DNA of 64,000 bases, from positions 58,776,001 through 58,840,000 of the forward strand of contig CM060734.1 in assembly GCA_030704615.1 (NCBI GenBank). The letters run 5' to 3'. The stretch comes from Takakia lepidozioides (lineage: Eukaryota; Plantae; Bryophyta). Within the stretch, counting starts at the first letter, position 1. The number at the start of each line of letters is the position of its first letter. Made by a program: the position numbers and the translations under genes. Of the stretch, positions 37,701-51,438 are shown piece by piece. The notes under the pieces are model-generated. The model was not told the origin of the DNA. It did not search any database and saw nothing but the letters and a program-made list of their open reading frames with translations.

Positions 37701-38382
37701 GATCCAAGCTAAATACCTGTGTTTGGTTGGAGCTTCCTTATCCCTGGCAAAGGCATTTAGCTATGGGAAGTCTTAGCAGCTTACCTGCACAAGGTTTGTA
37801 CAACGTATGTAGTCTGATGTAATCCTTGGTTCCCGTGGTTCTGCGATGTGGTTTTTTACTAATTCCCATGGGGCCCTCCAGCCTCCTGCAACTGTAATAG
37901 AGTTTTAAGGAGAGAAATATAGCCATGCTCTTCCTCACCAAGCTGCTTTTGGCTTCTTCCAGGCAGTTGCTCCTCTTTTCTCTGTTCTACTCCCAAGATA
38001 CCAGTTTCGTGGTGCCAACAAGAAGCTGGCTGTGTGCCGCGATCCGGCTGCTCTCATTGCAAAATACACTGACCCATTGGTCTACACCGGCCCCATTCGA
38101 ATTCGGACAGGGACTGAAATCCTTCGACTGAGTGGCTACTTACTGAAAAACTTGAGGAGTATTAGCACTCCACTACTGGTTCTGCATGGCTCCGATGATC
38201 AAGTGACTGACCCTCTTGGATCTCAGGAGCTCTACAACCAAGCTACCTCCGAGCATAAGACAATCAATGTTTATGATGGCCTATTGCATGATTTGTTGTT
38301 TGAGCCTGAGAAGGAGGCCATCACTGAAGACATTGTGCGATGGTTGGATGACCGGCTTGCACAAACACATGGCCACACTTAA
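34737..38382 (+). CDS. Monoacylglycerol lipase / caffeoyl-shikimate-esterase-like alpha/beta hydrolase, 7 exons (34737-35212, 36235-36273, 36599-36669, 36868-36932, 37116-37205, 37322-37414, 37963-38382)
   Basis: LFTQSW, LHGLNEHSGRY, MDWIGHGGSDGLHGYV, GHSTGG nucleophile elbow, VLHGSDDQVTD, GLLHDLLFEPE. GT-AG junctions keep frame. Confidence 0.93.
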
Positions 38383-39058
38383 TCTGTCTTCACTATTTTT
38401 GTCATGCAGGGTTTAGGTAGCTACTGATCTGAGTATTTATCACATTCTTTATTACAGGGACTTTGCATGTTGTACAGTCAGGAAAAAAAGAACAAAAGTT
38501 CTCAGATCATTGGAGTTGAAGGTCACCTGCTTCATCGCATTGGAGAAGAGTGCAGGCTACCTGGTCAATATCAGGGTCCTTATGCATAGGCTTAGTTTTA
38601 CTTGATGTTTGCAGGGGGCAAGCATGGGTTAATAATTTGCAAGGAGTTTCTTGAGAATTCCTTGCTTTGTACTAAGTAATGAGGGAGTTGGTCATGTAGC
38701 TGAGACTGAGCTTCATGTTTGTGTCATGGGGCTTTAGATAAGGGTGAGGGGTGGACTCAATCGCTAGTTGGGCATCTTTCATTTTATTTGAAAGTGTGGA
38801 AGTGGCATCTGAACAAGTTTGGCTTATCTTGTCTGATAGGCTGTGGAGCTTGCCTGGCAGTTGTGGGTTATGCCAGGGATTTCCTAATTTGCAACGGAAC
38901 AGTGGCAGCTTGGGCATGAAGAGCCATTTCCTTCTGCTTCTACGTGTCTGCAGTGCAATCTGAAACTTTATATACATAACTACTGGACCTGCTGGCGCGA
39001 GCCATCCCATCACCCACACAAAGAATGTACTACTTCTACTGCTCACTGCTGCTCACTG

Positions 39059-41409
39059 CTACTTCTGGTCTGGTGGGAGGTTTCCAGATGCCCTCAATCT
39101 CCATTGTGTTTTGCCCCGGACTATTTCTGCACCATCAACCTGAAGGCGCAACAAATGTGTACATTGCGGTGGAGCAACACTGGCATTTGAGTCAGTGTAT
39201 GTCGCAGCCCCCTCCTCTTGGTCTGAGGTAGAGTTTGTGCAACTGCTCATGGACTGTACAACATCACATTGACCACACTCTCTTCTGTACTCCAGCGTCA
39301 TGTTTGTTAATTCATGTCCTTCTAGGATTTCTGTTGGCACACTCTGCACATACAATCACACCCTCCATTGTCACATGAATGCTCAACTAGCTCTGCCCCC
39401 AACTGGTCCTCATCTGCGGAAGACATCACTTTCAGCAGAGCACCTTTTGAGCTCTCAGGCTTTCCAAACATGAAACCTCTATGAGAGAAATTAGCAAGTC
39501 AAAGCCAGTTTGAAAATTTCATGTTGGACCCATGAGTCTTACAAGTAACTAGGTATTTCTCGTAGTAGGTGGTTACCTGGTGTTGTAAGCTCACCTCAAA
39601 CATCCATCCAATGTATTTCACATTGTTGACATGTTGGTTCATATCCAAATCACTGCGCCTTGGCTGCATCAACAGGCAGAGGTAAAGTTACACTCTACGA
39701 AGTTGTAGTTCAGTGTCCAAAAATATGATGTCTGTGAGCCTGCATACTGCATTGAAATTGTCAAAGATAGAAAGCTCAGCTTGTCCATGGATCGGGAGAG
39801 CATAAGACACGTACTGTTAGTCCAGAGCGAACAAATTGGGCAGTGTCGTCAAGCTTTTTTATCTTCTCATGTGTAGCTGTTTTCTCCTCTGTGACGGCAG
39901 ATCTTTCAAGATAGTGAGGAGAAATCTCAGCCCTGACATCCTCAGGCATCTTCGAAAGCCTCCTTGTTTTCTTATTCATCATCACCCACGTACTGCGAGT
40001 GTCCACAGCAATGTTCAAGTTAGTGAAATTTCATTGCGTATAGATAGTATACTAATTTGTGAAGTCTAATTTGTGAAGTCACCTCAATAGCACGCATACA
40101 GCCACGCATGGTTGCATCGATACAAAAGCAGTGAGATGGTGGAGTGTGTGTGGAATTGAGATAAGTTATGCACCTGGTAGCACGGCCAAGGATTTGCCCT
40201 GTGTTGTAATCTCTAACTAGCCAGTCGCGTCTCATTCCATTCTTTCCTGACCCTTGTACCCATGTGTCTATCTCCACAACAGTGCCCCTGTACATAACAG
40301 CGCGGATTCTCTCAACTGAAGGCATACTCGTATTTGGAAACAGAAAATTTGCTGCCAGGTCAAGATTTTGTATTGGCTTCAGTCCCCTAGCCAAGCTTTT
40401 TCGAATCATCTTTCAGGATCATTCTCCAAGTGTAACATTGCACCCGAATTGGACAACTACAATGGAAGACAAAACTTTTCTCAGCTCTCAAGCTGCCCTT
40501 CCCGGAACAGTATTTTGAAGTTATATGCACAGTACAAATATAATTTTGACTCAGTGGACATACCAAGCAGGGTACCCCTCCACTTGAACTTGCATGCATG
40601 TAACTACCCAGATAAGATTGTTCCGGATCATTGCATGCGTTGTTCCAAAGCCATCACCAAGTAACCCAGACATCCACACGTGGTTCAAAGCTGTTTCCTG
40701 TTAACAAAAACAGACAAGACGGATATTATAGATCTCCCCCTGAACTTCAATAATGAAGTGAGGAATTACGTCAAGTCTGCCCCTCGCACTGGATGCCAAC
40801 ATTGATTTTGAATACTAGAGTGATCTAGCATTTTGGTGACATTAATTATGAGTACTCTCGTGAGATTGAAGACACAAATTAGAGATCAAGGAGAAGGTGA
40901 TCACTCACCTGGAACTGATTCATGAAGGTTTCGATGGATGCGGTCTTATCGGCTCCCACCTCATATGAACGTATCACAAATGTCTGTCGGTACACAAGTC
41001 TGCCTTCTACAAGCCTCCCCTGTCTATAGAAGTCCACATCCATCTCAGTTTTCCCAACCATTTGTTCAATCGGCCGCTTCAATGCAACACTAGCAATTGC
41101 GGAAATGACTGCATCAAATGCAGGACATTTGGTGATCGCTCCGCCGTTAATAGGCCTCACTGTGGTAGGTAGAGCTACATTTGTTTCTTGAGACGTAGTC
41201 GCACCTATTCTGGATTCCTCAACCTTAGCAACATGTACCTTACTGCCGTTCACCTTCGAGATCTCCTGCACGCTAGCACAGATTCTCCTGACTAACATGG
41301 TCTGCTTCAAACACTGGGAATGAGTCCCATGGGTCCCGAGCTTGCAGGACGACCGAGAGGAGGTACTTAAACTGGACGTCACTAAACCTGCTCCTGCAAC
41401 TGCTTCCAT
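39059..41409 (-). CDS. FATB: Plastid acyl-ACP thioesterase (FatB-like), 6 coding exons
   Basis: Transit-peptide-like N-terminus, YRQTFVIRSYEVGADKTASIET, ETALNHVWMSGLLGDGFG, SGKNGMRRDWL, STWVMMN..TRRLSKMP, PRRSDLDMNQHVNNVKYIGW, TLEYRREC. Confidence 0.93.
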
Positions 41410-42075
41410 TGCTGCAAGATTATCAAAAGTCGGGGGTACGCCTTGCAAATCAGCTGAGGAGCTGGCTGGGAATAAATAGCCAAAGGTCGATCTTGACGAG
41501 GGGACAAGACTAGACAGCAGGAGAGTGATGACCTGACAAGGGTCCAAAACGTGAGATCAAGCATGGGCTGTTTCTGAGCTCAGGATTGAGAACGTTCCAG
41601 CATGCAACAGTGCTCATAGTTGTCTCTCTCTCCCCCAGGACTGAGGGACCAATCACCACATTACTTAAGTTAACAAAAGGAAGTCTATCACACCCTGCCA
41701 CTGGCTGTGTCTTCTCCCATAAGGTTCATGACTACGCAGTGCACACAGTGAGCACACTCCGATGACTGACTGATGATCTAAAGGTGACATAACAGAATAG
41801 ACAAACGTAGTTAGGCGCATGCCAACTTCAGAAAGTCCTTCGTTTGATCCGTCCGTTATGTGGGCGAGTGGTAGGTGGCCAGTCGAGTACTGTTAAGATT
41901 TCGCTGGACGACTGTCTTTCAACGGCGGCTGAGATATGTAGAGTGGTTGGGCCACCACAAATTGCAGGAGTTGCCTTCAAATCTGAGCTTTGGAATCATC
42001 TGTGATTTTTGTCATACACACACAAACACAAATATGCTCAGAAAAGTTCATTTTGTTGGAAAACCACAGGTGTGT

Positions 42076-42139
42076 GGGTCGGCTAGGGATTGAACCTAGA
42101 ACCTGCCTATGGGCTGCTTCACCATTGAGCTACCCATCC
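42076..42139 (-). mobile_element. tRNA-derived SINE head or tRNA pseudogene
   Basis: Minus strand GGGTAGCTCAATGGT (A box) ... GGTTCAATCCC (B box), without a complete cloverleaf. Confidence 0.5.
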
Positions 42140-44819
42140 TGTTCTGTTCTTAGAGTGCCGTGCAAGGGTTATAGCCTGGACACCTCCAACACATTTGTAC
42201 TTCACAAATAGTTCTCTATTGAATGATTTTGAGTCATTAGGCCAGCATAACACGCAATTGAGAGAGAGAGATGACTCCGGCCGTGGCCTGCGTTACTCAG
42301 AGCCACCAAGAGTGAATACCATATGTTGCACCTGGGTGGGTGCCCAAAATAATTATTTTTTGGCCCGCGAATCGGTTCGGCACTTCATATTTTGTGTTAT
42401 AGGGTTTTGGCAATTTAGGATTAGAATGTTTCGACACCTCCAATACAAGCTCCGCAATGTTAGGCAGTTCACAAGCTCCCAGCTCTCATTCTTTCCTGGC
42501 CATTGAAATTTCCCACCACATGTCAGTTAAGGTCTTTATCAATGGAGCTCTTTAACATATAAGTAGTACTCTTGTCTGTCCAGAATTTTAGTCAATATGT
42601 CATGGAAGTGAGAAGTCTATGTACATATTACTTTGTCTTGTCTTGTGAAGACAATGTTGGGTTATGGAATGGTAGCTTTATATCTACAGTTTATATTGCT
42701 GAAAAACCTAACCTATTAAAAGGAAGTTACATTGTACTTTCTTCTACATATTTAATTCAATTACGTATTATGTATTTTGATGATATGTCCAGATTTTTCT
42801 CAGTTTCAGACAGAATGATTGTATAACATTTCTGAATTTTCAGACATATCAAGAGAATGTTTTCAATTTTAATTAATTTCTGTTTTTCAACGGAAAGTTT
42901 CAAAAGCTTTCAACTGAAAGTTTCTGTTTCTGTTGGTGAAATTCGGACACTGAAGGAAACTTTCTGTTGAAAGTTTTTGAAAACTTTCAACGTAATTTCC
43001 TCTCGTTTGGGTTGTCAAAATACAATAGTATTATCTGTGAAACTATGGTCAAGTACACTATAGCTGGAGTGTGTGGACCAAACCACCAATGGTCTACATG
43101 TGTTTAGGCAAGAACAAGCAGCTAGTTGTGTAATGGCTCCACTCTAGCAAAACTAATTAAATAATATCATTTTTGTGTTCTTTTTCGAAAACACTGATGC
43201 AAGTGACTAATGTGAAGATATAAAACTAAAGCTTGGATAAAGGTTAAAATAACTGAAGAGAAAAATTTGAAATGAATTACTTCACATAAATAAAAGGGTT
43301 GCAATAGATTGATGAAACTCTAAATATATGATTTGTCATCTATGGGTATTAATTTGGAGGGAAGGTAGTGGCCTCAGTCTCTTCTTTAGGGAAGAGCCAA
43401 CAAACATTATTAGTTATTAATAATGTGATATATATAACTGAAAATACAAGGGAATTTGATAAATTTAGTTTTTGGTTTTTATTGACACTATGGGTCATGG
43501 TCTTCTCTTTAGGGGAGAACCAATAAATCTCACTACATACCAATAAAGAGCTATTAATATCATCTGGATTTTTTTTTACATTATTATTTTATCATTATCT
43601 TTTATTGTTCAATCAATAGTTTCTTTTTATCTAAACCGCCAATCGTAAATATGCTCCATTAGTTTCCTCAATCATCAGTAAAGAATTATGGTTCAGTCGC
43701 TCCTTGCAATGGATGATAATCACACATATCCAGATGTACTAATTCTACTGAGATAACTCCTAAAATCCAGCTTGAAATCAGCACTTATGTAATAAAATTT
43801 ATGAAATATGAAAAGCCCTTCATAGAAGCATTTTCCATCTTGGAAGCCTCTCCATGAATTGACTGGACTACGATTGCTCCAAACTTTCCTTAGGACCAAT
43901 TGTTGAAGTTATAATGGTAATTCCTTGACATCCAATAGGTAGCCCAGCGATTGGGGCATTCTACCATTTTTCACTAGCATGATGGGTTCAAAACCATATG
44001 TGTGTTGGATGTCATAAAAGCTCTAAGGCAGTAGCCCTTCAACTGATACCATAAGTTACACTTGTTACGGCAAGAGCCTTGGGGCCCATGACCTGCCTAC
44101 AAACTCTTGTAATGCATATAAAACATTAAATATTTCAAACATTTTTAGAATGTATTGGGTAATGTGATGGTTGAGAGCAAGGAACCTGTTGAATTAAGTT
44201 TGGTGTTCAATTCTTGTCGGGATGTCATGTTTGTTGATAATAAATCATTTTGTAAACTTGTTCTTTCTAAACTTTTCCCAAGTCCTTACTCTTCTACGGT
44301 GGGGGTGGGCGTAGTGGACTCCCCGTCTGGGGACCTCACCGGCCGATGGACAGCCCAGAGTGGAGTCTCCAGAATGGACTCAACTATTCAATGGACCCTC
44401 CAGCGGACTCTGCAGAGTTGGTGGACCCTCCAACAGACTCTCCAGACTGGACTGGATTGTCCAATGGACCCTCTAGCGGGCCGGTGGGTGGGTACTGGGC
44501 TTACGAGGTGACCCCATGGGCTGTACTGCCGGTGAAGATACTACTTCTAGATTTCTAGTGTATTTTTTGACAGAGTATTAAAACTATAACATTTAGAGTG
44601 AAATAACACATAAGCTAGTAACAGAAAAATATGGTTGACTGTAAGTTTCTTTTCTCTTTATTTTTATTTGAGCAGGGACGGAGCCCTGGAGTCGAATTTT
44701 ATTGAGTAGTAATGGCACAAGTTTCAGCAATAATTAGTATACTTTTATAATTTCTTTCATATCTATTGATATTTTAGCTACTGGATTTGTTTCAAATCAT
44801 TTGATAATTCAAAGCAACC

Positions 44820-44853
<34 letters not shown>

Positions 44854-46596
44854 AATCTTCCTCTATCATATTAGCAATGAACACCAAAACAATTAATTGT
44901 TGAGTGTGTTGTTCAGTAGCTTTAAGAACATCATTGAATATATGAGTCATGGGGTGTATAACGAACTCATGTAAGATGTTGCTCCAATGCTCCACAATCT
45001 CCATTATCCGTGTAATTAGTCAATGGTTCGACCGTACTTGTGAAAGATTTTCATGGCTTATATGGACGATGATAATAGTTCAATCATCCAAGCATGGACT
45101 ATACCTCCAATCGAGTCGTTGGGCGGGTATGTGATTTATCCGGATATACCCGGCGGGTATATCCGGGTATACATCCAAATATATAACCTGATGTGGCAGG
45201 TTTTAGGACCCATATGTATATCTTTATGATATACCCTAGATTTGCACTTACCCTGCATCAATGGGGTACAATATACCATGACTAGTCGAAGGTATATCTT
45301 TAGGATCAAGGGTAAATAGCGACCAGGGTATGAATAATTAATGAACCTTCTTGTTTGGCGCAGTCTTCCATAAATTCCGTTGTGTGACGGAGCAGCATCA
45401 GACTGGTAGTCAGCTTCGTGCAAATAAACGCATCTTCTCCTAATTCCTAATGTTTTCATTGCTCCATTGTTTAGGGGTTGGTTTCTGCAGGCCCATCAAT
45501 GTGTAGGGCTCTCTCTTGAGTCCTTGTTTTTTTCTGGTTTTAGCCTTCAAACTGCAGCATTAATGCTGTTGTCCCTGGAAATGCGCGGCGCTGGTCCTCA
45601 TTCCCTCTCATTCCGGCAGCTTGGTCTTAGTCGAGGCCCACGCTCCCTTCAATCTCCCATCTACATTTGGGGGGTTTCATTGCTCTGTTGCTTGGGGCTG
45701 GTTTCTGCGGGGCCTGCAGTGTGTGTCATATGGGGCTTCCTCTGGAATCTTTTTCTGGATTTTAGCCTTGGTGGCATGCGTATTTTTATACTCTTGACTG
45801 CCATGCTTTGGCACTTTTACCTTCTCTGCTCTAATCACTCCTTCATAGCTCCTTTAAATAGATCTGCTAGTTGTTCAGGTTTTCTTTGTTCAGGTCTATG
45901 GATCTGGTTTGTGGGGGCTCCGGCCTTTCATAACGGTTTCGTGAGCTTGCTCTCGCTACTTGCAGCGTGGAAGCCTTTTGGTTTGCCCGGAGGTTTTACT
46001 TTTTTTCCTCCTAATAATCCCAAATAAAGTTCGCAGGGGCATTGCTCCCCTTTCAAAAAATTTAAAAAAAAAATCAATACACCCGGAGCTTAACCCTTTA
46101 TAAACCCGGATCTTCCCCATTTGTATGCAGATGCTCTGAGGAGCGGAGGGCTAACCTTCTCTCAAAATTTGACGCCGAATGGGGACACCTTGGAATTCTT
46201 TGCCAGAGACAGGGTGAACGCACGAGCTGGTCATCCAGACCTGCAATTGGGGATTCCCCCAACCACTGGGCCTCCCCCATTTTTGGTTTGGCTCTTCCTA
46301 TTTTAATGTCTCTTTTGTTTGCCTTGTTCTGTGCTGTTTCAGTTCATGGCAACAGTTAGAGTCCCAGCATGTAGGCCCTTTCCTATCTGTTCGGTTGTTC
46401 TCGAACTGTCAATGTTTTTAGGTAGAAAAAATTGAAAATTGGTTATCTTTCCAGCTTTGGCCTTAGTTTGATCTGGCTCAAAACTGGGCGCTGGTTTCTG
46501 CTGGTCTGTCATTCTCAGCTTTCCTTTCCAGCTCTTAGCAAGGTTAGCAGTACTTCTTAGTCTTTGGCTCATAAGCAATGTGCTGCTTGTTGACAA

Positions 46597-46760
46597 CCAG
46601 CATGTAGCCTAGTGGTAATGGGCACATACCACGTTGGATGTGGTTGTGGGTTCAAACCACGGTCTGGTGTGTCACGAACGTGTCCACCTTTCAGCTGGAA
46701 GGTAGTAGCCCTTGTGGTGAAGAGACACCATAAGTTACGCTCTCTTGGGGAGGTGTCATA
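46597..46760 (+). mobile_element. tRNA-derived SINE-like element (related copy at ~43935-44090)
   Basis: TAGCCTAGTGG A box and GGTTCAAACC B box. Body motif aagg(t/c)agtagccctt...accataagttac is shared with 44026-44060. Confidence 0.45.
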
Positions 46761-47354
46761 TATTTATTTATTTATTTATTTATTTTTATTTTGCTGTTTG
46801 TTTTTTTAGATTTGATTTAGTATAGCTCTTGCTCTACGTTCGTCTTGTGGGCATTTGTGGGTTGCACCCAATCTCCCAAGATGTAAGACTTATGGCCTTC
46901 GTCCTGGTTATTTTTTCCATGACTCATTTTAATATGATTTAAAGGGGTTCCTCCCCCTTTAATTTAAAAAATATTAAAAATAAAAAATAAACACTGAATT
47001 TAACCTTGCATAAATGAAGGGTATGTTTAATTGAACTATAACTTGTTTTTATCTTTATCCACAGGGTAAATTATGGCATTGTCGTGTATTTACATATAAC
47101 CAGAAAACAAATCATGGCACATTAATATACCCGCCCAACATTACTCTTGACCGTTTCAACTTAATTTTTGTCATCAATAGCTTACTAGTTAATCGTAGCA
47201 TTTTGTCTTCAATTATCCAAGGTTAGAAATAAAAGATATCATACTTATGGGAAATATTCATATATTAATTTTTTTATTAATTAGAAATCAGAACAACTAT
47301 GGGCGTAACTTAATTACTGTCCAATTGAATAGCTGGTGTTCATTACACTTGACC

Positions 47355-49625
47355 AATGAAAGATAGCAAATTGGGTTTTCTCTGGAATATAAACGATTTC
47401 ATGCTCAACGACATATCCCACACTAGTATATTAAGTTTGGTATTTTATTACGTTTTGTTTTGTTTTGTTTTGTAGCGTCGTTGAGATCTCCCAAATTGCA
47501 AGGCCTCCGCAATAGACCTTGATACCACTAGAAAGCCTTCAATGAGTAGGGTGCATGGAGGCAGCTTCATAATTTTTGGACCTGCTGTGTGGGAAATATT
47601 ACATTTCAAGTATTTTTTGTCACTAAGAATTCATGAAAATAGCAAATTGGGTTTTTCTTTTATATGTGCAAAACGGCACAGGCCACACTAGTTGGTTTTA
47701 TATATTTTGTACTCTCACTAGTGTGGCCCTGTATTGTTCATTACATATATACATATTACATGTATGACCATGTATATCAAAAAAGAAATGAAGGGCCAAT
47801 ATTCCAAAAAAAAAAATCCAATTTACTATTTTTCGTCGATGGCTTTCCAGCGATATTAAGACGCCAGCAGAGGCCTTATGGTTTGGGAGATCTCAATGAT
47901 GAAACAAAACAAAAAAGTTATCTTGCCTAATATATTGATACTTGTCATTTTTCCCATGTAGGTCTACGGCTAACTATCAATATCTTAACCCTTAAATGCC
48001 CAGTGCCATAGTTTGACTTTCTCCATAAATAGGACCACCGAAGTGAAAAAATGGTGTAGTTTTTAAAATTTTGATTATTTTAAGAAATTGACCGCCCACT
48101 TCTCCCTATATGCACCCGCCAATTTCCAGGGCAACCATCCCCAAATTCAGAAAACACCACCGTTGAATGTGGGACCCATTATTTGGGGCCATTGGAGAAA
48201 CATAGCATTTTTTGGCAATTTATTTAAGATTTGAGTGACAAGATCAACTCCAATTGAGGCCAGATTAATAAGGCTTCAACCCCTTGGAATCCCTCATCCA
48301 ACAAACCAAAAACAATCCAATTTGGCCAACACCTGTGGTGTTGCCACTTGGTCAAACCTTGGCAGATTCCCTAACAATAACTCTCACATGTGAAGAAATC
48401 TTAGCATAAAAAAGAGAGATTACCTTCATCAAAACCTAATCCCCTTACTTGCGTGATGAGACAACTTTGTTTTAACTTAAAATTAGGGCAATCAGTTGCC
48501 CAATCCTGGCAATGCACAACAAGGGCCACTCTATATGACACTAATTTCTTAAATTTGAAGCAAATCTGAAAAAAAAAACAAAATATATTTAAATAGGCCC
48601 CAAAGCCCGTTTTGGGCCTGGTGGACATTGAAAGGTTTGATAGTTTGTTTTGTTTTGTGTGTTTGTAGCGTCGTTGAGATCTCCCAAATCCAAGGACTCA
48701 ACCCTGATTCTTGATAACGCAGAAAAGCCCTCCATGAGTATGGGTACATGAAAACCATTATAAGGGTAACCATTTCACCAACTCTGATAAAATAAAATAA
48801 AAATTGTGTAACACTCAATTCTTCCTCTATCACACATCCACAAAACCACTAACCAATGTTATGGGGATGGAATTAGTCCATATCTTCTGTTCCTCACTGA
48901 TATTCTAAATTCTTTCTGCTTTTCTCTCTTTCATTCCCTATGATCTATAGAGCTGCTGTATGGAACTTGATGATCAAACCATTCAGATGCACCTCATTGT
49001 GATCCATTTCCGATTGGTTGACAACAAACATCATACTGCAGGATGCAACAATGGCTACCTTTCAATAGGTTGGCCCTTCCCCAGACTAAAGCATGCAGGG
49101 TCTTTATCAAGATTTAATAGTCTAAAATTGAGGAATGGGCTTTGGGCCATCATAAATGCCTCAACATGAAGTCTGGCTCCTGTGAAACAATCTTCTCCAT
49201 CAGGCTGACCTTCATCCAAAAGCAACGTTTCATAATTTTTGGACCTACGGATGTGGGAAACATGGAATTTCAAGTCTTTTTCGTCACTGGAAACTCAAGA
49301 AAATAGCAATTGGGTTTTTCTGGAATATTGACGTCTACAGTATTGTTTGTCGCTACGTTGAATTTTCCCAAACCGGAAGCCTGCACCTCGGTTCTTCATA
49401 TCAATGGAAACCTCTCAATGAGTAGGGGTGCATGGAGGCAATTTCATAATTTTTGGATCTACGGCACTGTAGGAGATCTTGAATTTCAATTACTTTTATG
49501 AAAATTAGAAGATTGGGTTTTTTTTTGGAATATTGGTGCGGGAGATACTGAATTTCAAGTATTTTTGGTCACTGTAAATTCATGAAAGTTGAATATGTGT
49601 TCAATGGCACAGACCACACTAGAAA
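47355..49625. repeat. Cluster of dispersed-repeat fragments
   Basis: Recurrent atagcaa(a)ttgggtttt..tggaatat, atgagta(g)gggtgcatgga, ttcataatttttgga(c/t)ct and gtagcgtcgttgagatctcccaaat motifs. Confidence 0.65.
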
Positions 49626-51438
49626 CCAGGAAACAATTCGCTCAATTACAACCCTCTCACAAGTAAACACAAAATGGCAGATCCAGGAAATCAAAGACTA
49701 GATTTGAAACATAAACCAACTCTACATAGTGCGACATAGGCAATTTTAATAACTCATAATTACATCAATCCAACTATGACTTAAAACAAGCATTCAAGAG
49801 ATGGTCTCCATAATTCTGCAACATGTAAAGGACAACGATAATAACAAGGCTAAGGTATAAGTGAGGGTTAGTGTGCTTCTGATCAGCCTACCAGTCACCT
49901 AAAAGAAAACACCAAGAACTGATCTCGCTTCCAACACGGTGCTCCCATTCAAAAACCAGATCTGAATTACAACAAGCAATGAATTTCACAAAACAATCCA
50001 TTGAAAGGTTCCGCTCTAATACACATCAGAGATTTTGTTGGCGGTGCAAGATACCGGATTTCAACAGACCCAACAGACTGGTTTCATAAAGCTTAAAGCG
50101 ATTTGAGCTTCTTTCTTCCGCTCACAATGTTAAGTATATGTGCCACTCAAAAATTTACTGTACATAACAGTCAATGAATTCAAAATCGACCCAAGAGCTA
50201 TGTTAACTCTCTGAAGTTAGCCATCGTATGCTCGGATCTTCAAAAAACTTCGTTTGATTTAATCAAAACCAAGCAAAAATATTCCGTTTGTCACGGTTAT
50301 GCCGCGACTCATTGGGGATAACTGAGCATTGGCCTTGGAATAATAATCACGGTACTCGGTGCAAAGCCGTGCTTATGTCCTCTATAAATTCCATCAAAGT
50401 GCTCCTAAAAATGTCAATTATCTTATTTTTGGGATGTGAACATATTTGCACAACTGCTCCTCACAATTACTGACATTGTGTTGTAGAACGCAGAGAAACC
50501 CAATAACTTGAAAAACAAAACAAGCTAATTAAGTACACGATGTTGTATGCACATATAATACAAGGTTGCAGTACTTATACATAAACAATCATTGACAAGT
50601 TCACAGCTTGAAATTAGGTTACCTCATTGTTGGGTTTTTTCAATACTTCTTCGAGAACAATTAATAACTTATCGGCTCTTTCCTCCGCAGCCAATGTCTT
50701 TTCTGATTTTTTCCTAATGTTTGGTGCCAAGAAATGTTGTGAAGTATCCTGTTAACTGTTGCTTTGCGGCTCATTGTGATAGCATCAACACTATCATTTG
50801 TACTGTAGGCTACATACCATTTTCACAATAAAAACCCTTTGCAGACGGATTCTAAACAGACGCCGAGGTTCATCATCTGTGCAGGGAGTGTGGCAAGGAG
50901 TGCCACGGGATAAATCTGGAGCTCCATGCCAAACCGGAATGACAAGGCAATGTCCACATTTGTAACATAACCCTGGGGCGGTGACCCGATGTCTGAACCC
51001 AATTCCAATCATGTTTGCAATTCAGCATGGATTTCAATGGGCTGACTCTTAACTGATAGATATGAATTATTGTCCCTAAAAACTCGTAACAACAACATCT
51101 AAACGAAACATGTTTATCTCATCACATTGAGAAGAAATTCAAGGCTGATTTGAATGTATTTCAAGTCAATGATCACGAGCAGTCTTACCATGTAAGACTC
51201 AAACAAGTTTCTTCAGCTTCTAATTTTCTTTTCATAAATTTTAATTACTCTTGTGCATTTGTCACGTTTAAAGACCTCGAAGACCCGTGACGATAAGTTG
51301 TATAACAGCAAATGAAGAGATTGACGTACATGTAACAAAACCCATCTTATTAGATTAGCCTTCAGGTTTTTGCACGAATGTTATTTGGCAACCTGAACAA
51401 ATTGTGCTAGACACATGTCATAAATAATATCAAATATC

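Noticed and set aside
45467-46075. 186-aa hydrophobic ORF or L1 3' remnant
   Set aside because: The A-rich tail and a weak W-H motif hint at a LINE end, but it is too degenerate to call. The ORF probably reflects T-rich composition.
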